Below, one piece after another: positions 36,628-45,373 of a stretch of 64,000 nt of DNA. The notes beneath the pieces are model-generated. The model made no database searches, was not told where the DNA came from, and worked only from the letters and a program-made list of their open reading frames with translations. Source of the DNA: Candidatus Doudnabacteria bacterium (lineage in GTDB: Bacteria > Patescibacteriota > Doudnabacteria > UBA920 > 2-01-FULL-46-14); NCBI GenBank assembly GCA_041497195.1, contig JBGQGB010000002.1, forward strand, positions 44,140 to 108,139. Reading direction: 5' to 3'. Position numbers and translations under genes: made by a program. Position 1 is the first letter of the stretch. Every line of letters begins with the position of its first letter.

Positions 36628-37634
36628 AACTTCTGGTTACAGGCGGAGCCGGTTTCATCGGTTCCAATTTCATCCACTATTGGCTCAAAAATCATCCGGC
36701 AGACGAGATTGTTAATTTTGACAAACTGACTTATGCCGGCAACCTGGAAAATCTCAGAGGTATAGAGAAGAATCCGAACTACACATTTATAAAAGGCGAC
36801 ATAGCGGGCACCAGCGCGGTTGAAACTGCGGTTAGGGGCATGGATGTAGTAGTTAATTTTGCTGCTGAATCGCACGTAGACCGTTCCATTCTTGGTCCGG
36901 CGGAATTTATCAATACCAATGTGGTCGGAACGCAAGTACTTTTGGACGCGGCCCTAAAAGCGAGCGTAAAGCGCTTCCATCACATCTCCACTGACGAGGT
37001 TTTTGGCCAGATTCCCCTGGAGTCAAAGGAAAAGTTTAACGAGCAAAGCAAATATAATCCGCGGAGCCCTTATGCCGCGTCCAAGGCCGCCTCAGACCAT
37101 TTAGTGAACTCGTATTATGCGACCTACGGGCTGCCGATTACGATTACGAATTGCTCCAACAATTACGGCCCGTATATGTTTCCGGAAAAGTTTTTACCCT
37201 TGGCTATTACCAATCTGCTGGAAGGCAAAAATATTCCAGTATATGCTCCCGGCAATCAGGTCAGGGATTGGCTGTATGTCGAGGATCATTGCTCAGCGAT
37301 AGAATTGGTGCTGGAAAAAGGGAAAATAGGGGAAACCTATTGCGTTGGGGGGATGGATGAGGAAATCTCCAATCTTGAGATAGCGAGAAAAATTGTCAGG
37401 CTCATGCGTCAATCAGAGGATATGATTCAATTAGTGAAGGACCGACCCGGCCATGATGTGAAGTATGCGATTGACTCCGCCAAAATCAAAACTGAACTGG
37501 GCTGGCGGCCGCAGGTCAGCTTTGAAGACGGTTTGAAGCAGACGATCGATTGGTACATGAAAAATGAATCCTGGTGGAAGCCCTTGAAGGAAAAAAGTCG
37601 TGAATACTTTAAGAAGCAATACGAAGAGCGATAG
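36624..37634 (+). CDS. rmlB: dTDP-glucose 4,6-dehydratase
   Basis: MKLLVTGGAGFIGSNF, YAASKAASD (YxxxK), and the RmlB C-terminal pattern. Confidence 0.85.
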   Translation: MKLLVTGGAGFIGSNFIHYWLKNHPADEIVNFDKLTYAGNLENLRGIEKNPNYTFIKGDIAGTSAVETAVRGMDVVVNFAAESHVDRSILGPAEFINTNVVGTQVLLDAALKASVKRFHHISTDEVFGQIPLESKEKFNEQSKYNPRSPYAASKAASDHLVNSYYATYGLPITITNCSNNYGPYMFPEKFLPLAITNLLEGKNIPVYAPGNQVRDWLYVEDHCSAIELVLEKGKIGETYCVGGMDEEISNLEIARKIVRLMRQSEDMIQLVKDRPGHDVKYAIDSAKIKTELGWRPQVSFEDGLKQTIDWYMKNESWWKPLKEKSREYFKKQYEER

Positions 37635-37639
37635 AATTT

Positions 37640-38482
37640 ATGAAAGTTTTGCTCATCGGCGCTAAGGGAATGCTCGGGCAGGAGCTGCAGAAAGTTTTTG
37701 CCGCGAGCCACGAAGTAGTCAGTTGGGACAGGGAAGATATTGATATCACAAAAAAAGAAGTTGTAAGTACTAAGCTGTCAGTTCTCAGACCTGGCTTGGT
37801 GATCAATGCTGCTGCGTATAACGATGTGGACGGAGCTGAAAGCAAACCGGAGATGGCTGCCGCGGTCAACGGCTACGCTGTTGGGTATTTGGCCGCAGCA
37901 TGCAAGCAGATCGGCGCAGTCTTGGTCCACTACAGCACGGATTATGTATTTGACGGAACAAAACGTGACGGCTACGCGGAAGCAGATATGCCTAAGCCCA
38001 TTTCTCGATACGGACAGTCCAAGCTTTTGGGCGAGCAGGAGTTGCAAAAAAATACGGACAAGTTTTATCTTCTGCGTTTGTCCAAACTTTTCGGCAAAGA
38101 AGCCGCCTCAGCTGCAGGCAAAAAAAGTTTCGTGAAATTGATGCTCGACCTCGCGAGGGCCAAGCCTGAATTGGATATCGTAGACGAAGAACTTTCCAGC
38201 CCAACTTACGCACCGGATTTGGCGGAGCGCACGCGTTATATAATAGAAAACCGCCTACCTTATGGGATTTATCACTGCAGCAACAGCGGTGCTGTTACCT
38301 GGTATGGTTTTGCTACGGAGATCTTCAAAATTTCCGGAATCAATGTTAAACTAAATCCCGTGCCGGCATCGCACTTTCCGAGACCGGCCAGGCGGCCGGC
38401 CTACTGCACACTACTCAATACCAAGCTTCCGCCGCAGCGGCCTTGGCAGGAAGCATTGCGTGAATTCATCGCGCAAGATTAA
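37640..38482 (+). CDS. rmlD: dTDP-4-dehydrorhamnose reductase
   Basis: MKVLLIGAKGMLG. RmlD pattern with YGQSK. Confidence 0.8.
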   Translation: MKVLLIGAKGMLGQELQKVFAASHEVVSWDREDIDITKKEVVSTKLSVLRPGLVINAAAYNDVDGAESKPEMAAAVNGYAVGYLAAACKQIGAVLVHYSTDYVFDGTKRDGYAEADMPKPISRYGQSKLLGEQELQKNTDKFYLLRLSKLFGKEAASAAGKKSFVKLMLDLARAKPELDIVDEELSSPTYAPDLAERTRYIIENRLPYGIYHCSNSGAVTWYGFATEIFKISGINVKLNPVPASHFPRPARRPAYCTLLNTKLPPQRPWQEALREFIAQD

Positions 38483-38504
38483 GGGTTAAAGATTGTAGAT
38501 TTGA

Positions 38505-38867
38505 GTGAAAGTAGAGGATTTAAAAGTTTACAGAAAACTGTTTACACTATCTCTGAAGGTGCATACTTTGACGTTGATTTTCCCGAAGTTCGAGATTCAT
38601 GAGCTTGGCTCACAAATGCGTCGGTCGTCCAATTCAGCACCAGCAAATCTTGCCGAGGGTTTTGATAACAAACATACCAATATTTATCTGGAAAGTATTA
38701 GCCGGGCTCAGGGCGAAATAAGAGAAACTGTCCATCATTTGAATATTGCAAGTCAAAAAAATTATCTATTGGAATTGGAACTCAAAAAATTCCTTAGCGA
38801 ATATGAAGAATGCTCCAAAATGCTTTATGGCCTTGAAAAATCTTTGAATCGCAACTCCAAAAAATGA
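38505..38867 (+). CDS. Four-helix-bundle protein (23S rRNA intervening-sequence protein family), AT-rich insert between rmlD and rmlA
   Basis: MKVEDLKVYRKLF...FPKFEIHELGSQMRRSSNSAPANLAEG is the family signature. Confidence 0.7.
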   Translation: MKVEDLKVYRKLFTLSLKVHTLTLIFPKFEIHELGSQMRRSSNSAPANLAEGFDNKHTNIYLESISRAQGEIRETVHHLNIASQKNYLLELELKKFLSEYEECSKMLYGLEKSLNRNSKK

Positions 38868-38906
38868 TTTGTACTGTTATCCGTAATCTTAAACCTAGAA
38901 TCTGAT

Positions 38907-39641
38907 ATGAAAGGCCTTATTCTCGCTGGAGGCAATGCCACCAGATTGCGGCCCCTGACGTGGGTGACCAACAAACATCTGCTGCCTGTCTATGACAAGC
39001 CGATGATTTTTTATCCCCTCGAGTCAATGAAAAAAGCCGGAGTAAAAGATGTTTTGATTATCACCAATCCGGATCACGCCGGTCAGTTCGTCAATTTGTT
39101 CAGCTCGGGCCGGAACTTCGGGTTGCATCTCGAGTATGGCATCCAGGACAAACCGGGCGGGCTCGCTCAAGCCGTCAGCCTTGCCGAAAACTTTGCCGAC
39201 AAGGGCAAACTCTTGGTCATTCTCGGCGACAATATTTTTCACTACAATCTCAAACCGGCCGTGACGAAGTTTTTGAGTCGGGATAAGGGAGCGGTGATCT
39301 TTGCCAAAGAAATGGCCAACGCCAAAGAGTATGGGGTCATCGAGCTGGACAAAGCCGGAAAGGTTTTGTCTATTGAGGAAAAACCGCAAAATCCCAAATC
39401 CAACTACGTTCAGACCGGCATCTATATGTACGATCACCGGGTTTTTGATTTCATAAAAAATTTGAAACCTTCCCGCCGGGGAGAGCTGGAGATCACGGAT
39501 CTAAATAATATCTATGTCAAAGAGGGAAGCATGGAATGCACGATTATGGACGGTTGGTGGGTGGATGCCGGCACTTCGTACGAGGAACTTTTGCGGGCCA
39601 ATCAAGTCGTGGCCGAAGTCATCAAGAAGGGTCACTCCTAG
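38907..39641 (+). CDS. rmlA: Glucose-1-phosphate thymidylyltransferase
   Basis: MKGLILAGGNATRLRPLT nucleotidyltransferase motif. Confidence 0.85.
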   Translation: MKGLILAGGNATRLRPLTWVTNKHLLPVYDKPMIFYPLESMKKAGVKDVLIITNPDHAGQFVNLFSSGRNFGLHLEYGIQDKPGGLAQAVSLAENFADKGKLLVILGDNIFHYNLKPAVTKFLSRDKGAVIFAKEMANAKEYGVIELDKAGKVLSIEEKPQNPKSNYVQTGIYMYDHRVFDFIKNLKPSRRGELEITDLNNIYVKEGSMECTIMDGWWVDAGTSYEELLRANQVVAEVIKKGHS

Positions 39642-39685
39642 GCTAAAAAAAGTATCATTATATTTGCAGTTTGGCAGCTTAATCC

Positions 39686-39714
39686 TTGACAAGAGGATTT
39701 TTTTGTGCTAGACT
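39686..39714 (+). promoter_or_regulatory. Sigma70-type promoter TTGACA-N17-TAGACT upstream of the sortase-like gene
   Basis: TTGACA at 39686-39691 and TAGACT at 39709-39714. Confidence 0.5.
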
Positions 39715-39760
39715 GGAGCGTTTTAAATGATAAACTTTCGGGCCAGTATTTGTTAAAGTT

Positions 39761-41053
39761 ATGGCACTCGCTATGGCTGCAATACAGAGCAAAAAACACG
39801 TAAGAACCATTTACGAAATTATGGGCTTGTCGCCTGATGTTTTTGCAATTGCCCCGGACAAAATTGGCCAAATCGACGAGTTCCCAGTCGATTTGCCAGT
39901 ACCCAAACCAGAGCCCCTGGCCGAGAAATTTGAGGCCGAGAAGCCGCCTATCCAGAAAGAAAAGCCGGTCAATAAACTGCTCAAAAATATTCCGGTGCCG
40001 CCGCCGCCTCCGAGAGTTGGCAAAACCGCCGCAGGAGCGGCTGTAGCTCTAGAGCCAGAAATGGACCTGCCTGAGGCGGACGTCAAGGAGTTTGGTTCGC
40101 CGGCGAGCCGATTTTTGTCTCGCGATTTCGTCCGTTATCCTTTGATTTTTCTGGTGGCCCTGGGAGCATTTTACGTGATCCTCAATTTTCGCGCGTTGAG
40201 CGCGCAGGTGAGCGGCCTCCTCTCCCAGTCTGCAAAAAAGGTCACTGTCACCAGCCAGCCCGTCCCTGCTGATTTTTCCACCTGGGTGACAAAATATTAT
40301 GTCTTTACCAATGAACCGCAGATTCTCGGCCCCACCGCTGACCCGGACAATGACGGGCTCACGAACGGGCAGGAGTATTATTTGGGAACCAATCCGCTCA
40401 AATGGGACACGGACAATGACGGCTTTGGCGACGGGCAAGAAATCCTGAACGGTTACAATCCTTTGTACACGGGCAAGCTCAGCGTGTCACAGCAAAAAAT
40501 CATTGCCGACCATATCAGTCTGGATGATTTGAAATCGCGCGTGTCTCTGGAAAATTTTCAGCGCGTGTCAGGAGATCAGACCTCCGCCGCAGGCAGCGCT
40601 TTTCAAGTTGACGTGACCCGGCAGGGGCACATCAGCATCCCGAAAATCGGCGTGGATGCGCCTGTCCTCTGGAATCGGGATTTCGGCAAAGTGGAAGACG
40701 ATCTCAAATATGGCACCGTGCATCACCCCGCGACACCTTTTCCGGGCGAGCGCGGGACTGTCTCTATTCACGGCCATTCTTCGGGCAATCCGGGCGACGG
40801 GAGCTACCAAACAGTTTTCACCAAGCTCAATTTGCTCCAGGCCGGGGATGAGATTTTCGTCACAGTCTACAATGCCGCCGGCCAGCCCCGCCAGTATCTC
40901 TACGAAGTCCGCTCTGCCAAGGTCTATGCCAAAACCGATCCGGCGCAGTTTGCCGACCTGGGCGGTTTTTATTTGAATCTATCCACCAGTTGGCCGATAG
41001 GGACAGCGCTGCAACGCTACGTGGTAACCACGGAATTGGTTGGAGTGAACTAG
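39761..41053 (+). CDS. Sortase-fold protein (class E/F-like). Pro-rich N-terminal region, a TM helix, Ca-binding TSP3-like DxDxDG repeats and a catalytic domain. The TLxTC Cys position is Ser (LNLSTSWP).
   Basis: HISIPKIGVDAPV, TVSIHGHSS (His), LNLSTSWP (the TLxTC-equivalent position) and QRYVVTTELV (Arg) are colinear with S. aureus SrtA NISIAGHTF / LTLITC / KRKIFVATEV. Confidence 0.55.
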   Translation: MALAMAAIQSKKHVRTIYEIMGLSPDVFAIAPDKIGQIDEFPVDLPVPKPEPLAEKFEAEKPPIQKEKPVNKLLKNIPVPPPPPRVGKTAAGAAVALEPEMDLPEADVKEFGSPASRFLSRDFVRYPLIFLVALGAFYVILNFRALSAQVSGLLSQSAKKVTVTSQPVPADFSTWVTKYYVFTNEPQILGPTADPDNDGLTNGQEYYLGTNPLKWDTDNDGFGDGQEILNGYNPLYTGKLSVSQQKIIADHISLDDLKSRVSLENFQRVSGDQTSAAGSAFQVDVTRQGHISIPKIGVDAPVLWNRDFGKVEDDLKYGTVHHPATPFPGERGTVSIHGHSSGNPGDGSYQTVFTKLNLLQAGDEIFVTVYNAAGQPRQYLYEVRSAKVYAKTDPAQFADLGGFYLNLSTSWPIGTALQRYVVTTELVGVN

Positions 41054-41220
41054 TCTGGCCGTAGACTTATAGATAAGCCTTTATACAGGCCAAAACACGC
41101 TCAGGGATTGACTTCCCGGGCGTTTTGTGCTAATATAGGGGGTCTTTGAAAGATGGGGGAGTCACAGGAGAAAAGTTTGAAGCCCAGCAATGGGCAATTT
41201 CAAATTCTAGGGAGGAAGTC

Positions 41221-42051
41221 ATGAAGAAAATGTTCACGATTGTGTTCATGTTGTTTGTGTTTTGCGGTTTCGCTTCAGCAGTCTCGGCTCAGTCTCCTTG
41301 TGACCAACTTCGCAAGGTCACGGGCGATAAGCTGATGGCAGTCGAGGTGTCATGGGATACCTCAGTCAATCAGCCGACCAACAACGCACCATACAGCACC
41401 GCCCAGCAACAGTATGACGATGAACGGGAAACGCGCAGGCAAGCTCTGCTCGTAAGCGCTGGCTATGGTTACAGCGGCATTTACGGGGGTCCTCAGCGTC
41501 AGCGCCAGACTCCGAACAATCCGATTTATTCTGGGCAGTTGCCGACCGAAGACCTCGTCCGTACTGTTAGGGAGGAAGTGACAGGAAAGCTCCTCGCTTG
41601 TGGCGTCCGCATCGCTGATGATCCGAGGCTGGCCGCATTGCTGTTTGAAGTCTCGCTTTCAACCAAGAAAGAGATTCAGCAGCATTCGGGTTTCGACGGC
41701 CGCGGCTTGCAAGAAGGCATCTATGAAGGTGCCTTCGCTTCTATTTGGTTCTGGGGCGGCAGCTCACGCATTATCTACCCTCTGGCAATGGCGGGTGCAG
41801 CCGCGGCCGGTCAGATCGAGAGCCGCAAGGAACAGCGTGGCGTGGAGATCGTTCCGCGATTCAAACTCGTGGTGGTCGCTACCAGCGAACTCTTTGCCAG
41901 CGGCAAAGGGCGGTCCTGCTCTGTCACAACTACCGAACTTGATTCCAAGTACAAGTTCGGCAAGAATAACAGCAAGCGCGAATACCAGAATTCGGAAGCG
42001 TTTGCGCCATGTATCGGGGACAATTTGTTCCCCGGCGTCGGCGGAAATTAA
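41221..42051 (+). CDS. Secreted hypothetical protein (signal peptide)
   Basis: RBS GGGAGGAAGT, signal peptide MKKMFTIVFMLFVFCGFASAVSA. Confidence 0.5.
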   Translation: MKKMFTIVFMLFVFCGFASAVSAQSPCDQLRKVTGDKLMAVEVSWDTSVNQPTNNAPYSTAQQQYDDERETRRQALLVSAGYGYSGIYGGPQRQRQTPNNPIYSGQLPTEDLVRTVREEVTGKLLACGVRIADDPRLAALLFEVSLSTKKEIQQHSGFDGRGLQEGIYEGAFASIWFWGGSSRIIYPLAMAGAAAAGQIESRKEQRGVEIVPRFKLVVVATSELFASGKGRSCSVTTTELDSKYKFGKNNSKREYQNSEAFAPCIGDNLFPGVGGN

Positions 42052-42070
42052 GCGTTTAAGTCGTGTAGTC

Positions 42071-42112
42071 AGAGCGGAAGTACCTTTGTAGGTCTTCCGC
42101 TCTCTTTTTTTT
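42071..42112 (+). terminator. Intrinsic terminator: AGAGCGGAAG...CTTCCGCTCT 10-bp stem plus T8
   Basis: Perfect inverted repeat followed by TTTTTTTT. Confidence 0.75.
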
Positions 42113-42127
42113 GATGGAAAGCCCAAT

Positions 42128-42156
42128 CTTGACTTTTGGTCGTAAATTATGTAAGC
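42128..42156 (+). promoter_or_regulatory. Candidate promoter TTGACT-N17-TAAGCT, with a strong RBS AGGAGG before the ATG at 42231
   Basis: Seen directly. Confidence 0.4.
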
Positions 42157-42230
42157 TAGGACGTTACAGCAGTACTGGATTCATATGCAGTAAATTCCGC
42201 CGAAAGGCCAAAAAATTGTAGGAGGATGCA

Positions 42231-43271
42231 ATGCACAAAGCGTTTGCAGTTTTGGTGTTGTTCGGTTTTCTGGCTTTCGGCCAGAGTATTCAGGCCCAGC
42301 AGCCAGCGGACGGTCAGTGGCATTTTTTTGGAGAAAGCGACGACCTCAAATTTGACCCCCAAGCCAAGTTGTTTCACTGGCTTCATGTTGGCACCCGGCC
42401 GGTTATCAAAGGCGGCGTGCCGACTCGCGAAGCGTTTGCGCAATTCGTGCAAAGCGAGGCGTTCGCCAAGGCCATGACAGCCTTGGGCATCGAGAATCGC
42501 ATCGCCGAGGCACGGGACTTGGTCATTCACGACGAGTTCAGCGAGGCTCAGCTCTCACCAAACTCTTCCGCCTCTCTGTTTCTCGAGATGGCGTTTGACG
42601 GGGCCCGTGTCCAGCGGCCAGTCATTTGGTCTGGCAACGGGCCGCTCGACGTTTGGGTTTTGCGCCTTAACGGTTTGCGATTGGATATTCCCAAAGGGTG
42701 CGCGAACGTGGGCATCACCACTGACTACAAGACTCAAATCAAAACCGTCACGGTTGAGAAGCGAGTCGAAGTGCCAGTGGAAGTCCCAGTGGAGAAAATT
42801 GTCGAAAAAGTCGTTACTCCCCCGTGTGATCCCAATTGGTCCTGGGGCGTTGTGGGTGATTATTCTCCCAAGCATACCCACGCCAAGAAGGTTAAATTTT
42901 CCGATCTTCTTGAGCGGGATGACTTCTGGGTGATGGGATCCGATGACCAAGGCACTCGAGCCAAAGTCATTAACCTCATCAAACAGGAGGATGCAACTAT
43001 TCCTAAGAAAGATCGCGTTCTCGGCCAGAAAGTTCAGCTCGCGGTTGTGCTGTACAATATTTGCGACGGCAGGATGCGGATCTACTGGTACCGCGAAGGC
43101 TGGCACTGGAAGGAATTCATTCTCGGATTTGTGGCGGGATTTGCTGCCGGCTGGTTTTCCCACATGCCGGGTGTGATCTCCAAAGACCCTTTCTTGCCGC
43201 CGCCCAACTCGGGCCGGCCGGATATACTAGCCGTGCCAGGCTGGAATTGGAGCTTATTCATACCCAAATGA
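42231..43271 (+). CDS. Secreted hypothetical protein with a C-terminal TM helix
   Basis: Signal peptide MHKAFAVLVLFGFLAFGQSIQA. A hydrophobic segment FILGFVAGFAAGWF lies near the C-terminus. Confidence 0.5.
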   Translation: MHKAFAVLVLFGFLAFGQSIQAQQPADGQWHFFGESDDLKFDPQAKLFHWLHVGTRPVIKGGVPTREAFAQFVQSEAFAKAMTALGIENRIAEARDLVIHDEFSEAQLSPNSSASLFLEMAFDGARVQRPVIWSGNGPLDVWVLRLNGLRLDIPKGCANVGITTDYKTQIKTVTVEKRVEVPVEVPVEKIVEKVVTPPCDPNWSWGVVGDYSPKHTHAKKVKFSDLLERDDFWVMGSDDQGTRAKVINLIKQEDATIPKKDRVLGQKVQLAVVLYNICDGRMRIYWYREGWHWKEFILGFVAGFAAGWFSHMPGVISKDPFLPPPNSGRPDILAVPGWNWSLFIPK

Positions 43272-43383
43272 CCGGCGACAAACGCAAGCGGGCTTCACGG
43301 GCGGGAACTCTTACCAGGTTTCCGCCCATTTTTTTACCCAAAAATCTGCACTTCCTGGCCCTGTGTAAAGCTTTTGCAAGAGT

Positions 43384-43412
43384 TTGACAAGCCTAGATGT
43401 CTGTGCTAGGAT
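43384..43412 (+). promoter_or_regulatory. Candidate promoter TTGACA-N17-TAGGAT upstream of the first DUF11 gene
   Basis: Seen directly. Confidence 0.45.
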
Positions 43413-43459
43413 GAGCGGCTGTACGATAAGCTATAATTATTTTATTAAGCGAATACGAT

Positions 43460-45352
43460 ATGGCTATATTCATTCGCAAAATCAAAAGTTTGAATACAAA
43501 AAAGGCTTTGGCGGTCGTCACCTTTGCCGGCCTGATTTCGTTTTTAGTGAGTTCTCCTCTGGCTTCGGCCGACGGCCCGCAGTTTAATATTTTTCCAATT
43601 TCTTATACTGGCGAGCTCAATCACGACTTGCCGCTTTTGGACGGCCGCGACGTCACTCTGGGACAGGGATGGAGTGTTTCGCAGGCCGACCACGACAGCC
43701 GCATCAATGCCAATCCCGGAGACGTTCTCCAATTTTCAGTTTATTACCACAACGGCATGCCGGATGCGGATAGCAACGTGGCGCTCAACGCCGTGGTCCA
43801 GGCTTTTGTGTCTCCCTCTTTGGGCAGCACGGCCAATACTTTTTCAGTTTCCGCCACGATAGGCGCGCAGAATGCCGCCACTGTTTCCAGTGCGGACGCC
43901 AGCCGCGGCGGCAATATCGCCATCCATGTTTCGGGTACGCAGGCGCAGAGTCTCAGTCTGGTGCCGGGCAGTGTCACGTGGTTTCCGCTGCAGGGCTCGA
44001 CCCCACCCGGAACAGCGCAAACCCTTCCTGATACTATTTTCAGCAGCGGCGTTAGCATCGGCAATATCCGCGGGTGTTTCCAATACCACGGGTTTGTGAA
44101 CTTCAAAGTGCAGCTGACGCAGGTCCAACAGGGGAGTCTGCTGATTCAGAAAAATGTGCGCAACCTCAGTCAGGGATTGGGGGCGCTGGCGCCATTTGAT
44201 CCCAATCAGGTCAGTGCCAATCCGGGCGACACCGTGGAGTATCAGATTTTGGTCTCGGCCCAGAACAATGCCGTCCAGAGCGTGTCGGTCAAAGACGCGC
44301 TCGATCCGAAACTGACCCTCACCGGCAGTGTCACCCTCGACGGCAGTCCGATTGATACGCTCGGTTTTTTCAATTCCGGCGATAATATCGGCACGGTGAA
44401 CGTAGGCTCCAATCGTGAAATCAAATTCAAAGCAGTTGTCGCCGCGAAATCGCAATTCACTGTCGGTACGTTTATTCTGTCAAATACGGCGTATACTTTC
44501 AGCTCCAACTCGTCCGCGCAAGATAGCGCCAACGTTCAGGTGGTCATCCAGCCGCAGCAAATTGCCTGCACTTTTACGTGGGATGCGCCGCTGACGACCG
44601 ACGGCACCCAGCGCGGCTCGCGTCACGTGGGCGACCAATTTAACGTGCAGCAACAAGTGACCGGTCTGAATCCGAGCCAGTCGTTTAATATTGATTTTCA
44701 GCACGTTTCCGGTTCACCTGTTTTCAAGTCGCTGCAGAGCGCCGATGCCTCGGGCAATTTCAATCGCAAAGAAACCAGCACGATATCCGCCAGTTATACT
44801 CCCGGCGACTACCTCGCTTTCATCGAGCTGAATGGAGTAAATGTCGCGTCTTGCACGGGCATGCGCGTGGAGCTCCCGTCAGTTCAGCAAATCAGCCTGA
44901 CTAAATTGGTGCGCGACGACAACGCCGGCGGAGCTTTCACTACCCAAGTCAGTGCGCAGCCGTCGGACCTGGTCAGTTTCCAGCTGACGATCAATCCCCA
45001 GAGCAGCAACACGACTTTGCAAAACGTCACAATAAAGGATACCTTGCCGGCCAAACTCACTTTCAACACCGGCACCCTGAATGTCAACGGCACCCCCCAG
45101 TCAGTGGGGAACTTTTTCACCACCGGGCTCAATCTCGGAACTGTCCAGCCGAATCAGCAAATCGTGGTGACCTTCCAGACGACTGTGGCAAATGCCACCA
45201 ATTTCACGGCCGGGAGTTGTGAAATTTTGACAAACTTTTCCACCGTGACTGCCGATGGAGGCTTGTCCTCTTCGTCTTCGGCCAATGTCCAGGTTTGCAA
45301 GCAGGCGCCTGTGAAACAGCCGGGCCAGCCCGCGCCGCGACCTCTACAATAA
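43460..45352 (+). CDS. Large secreted DUF11 (conserved-repeat-domain) surface protein, with no C-terminal anchor
   Basis: Signal peptide. DUF11-type segments (ANPGDTVEYQILVSAQNNAVQSVSVKDALDPKLTLTGSVTLDG). Confidence 0.6.
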   Translation: MAIFIRKIKSLNTKKALAVVTFAGLISFLVSSPLASADGPQFNIFPISYTGELNHDLPLLDGRDVTLGQGWSVSQADHDSRINANPGDVLQFSVYYHNGMPDADSNVALNAVVQAFVSPSLGSTANTFSVSATIGAQNAATVSSADASRGGNIAIHVSGTQAQSLSLVPGSVTWFPLQGSTPPGTAQTLPDTIFSSGVSIGNIRGCFQYHGFVNFKVQLTQVQQGSLLIQKNVRNLSQGLGALAPFDPNQVSANPGDTVEYQILVSAQNNAVQSVSVKDALDPKLTLTGSVTLDGSPIDTLGFFNSGDNIGTVNVGSNREIKFKAVVAAKSQFTVGTFILSNTAYTFSSNSSAQDSANVQVVIQPQQIACTFTWDAPLTTDGTQRGSRHVGDQFNVQQQVTGLNPSQSFNIDFQHVSGSPVFKSLQSADASGNFNRKETSTISASYTPGDYLAFIELNGVNVASCTGMRVELPSVQQISLTKLVRDDNAGGAFTTQVSAQPSDLVSFQLTINPQSSNTTLQNVTIKDTLPAKLTFNTGTLNVNGTPQSVGNFFTTGLNLGTVQPNQQIVVTFQTTVANATNFTAGSCEILTNFSTVTADGGLSSSSSANVQVCKQAPVKQPGQPAPRPLQ

Positions 45353-45373
45353 CCCCTTGATTTTAGGAGCAAT

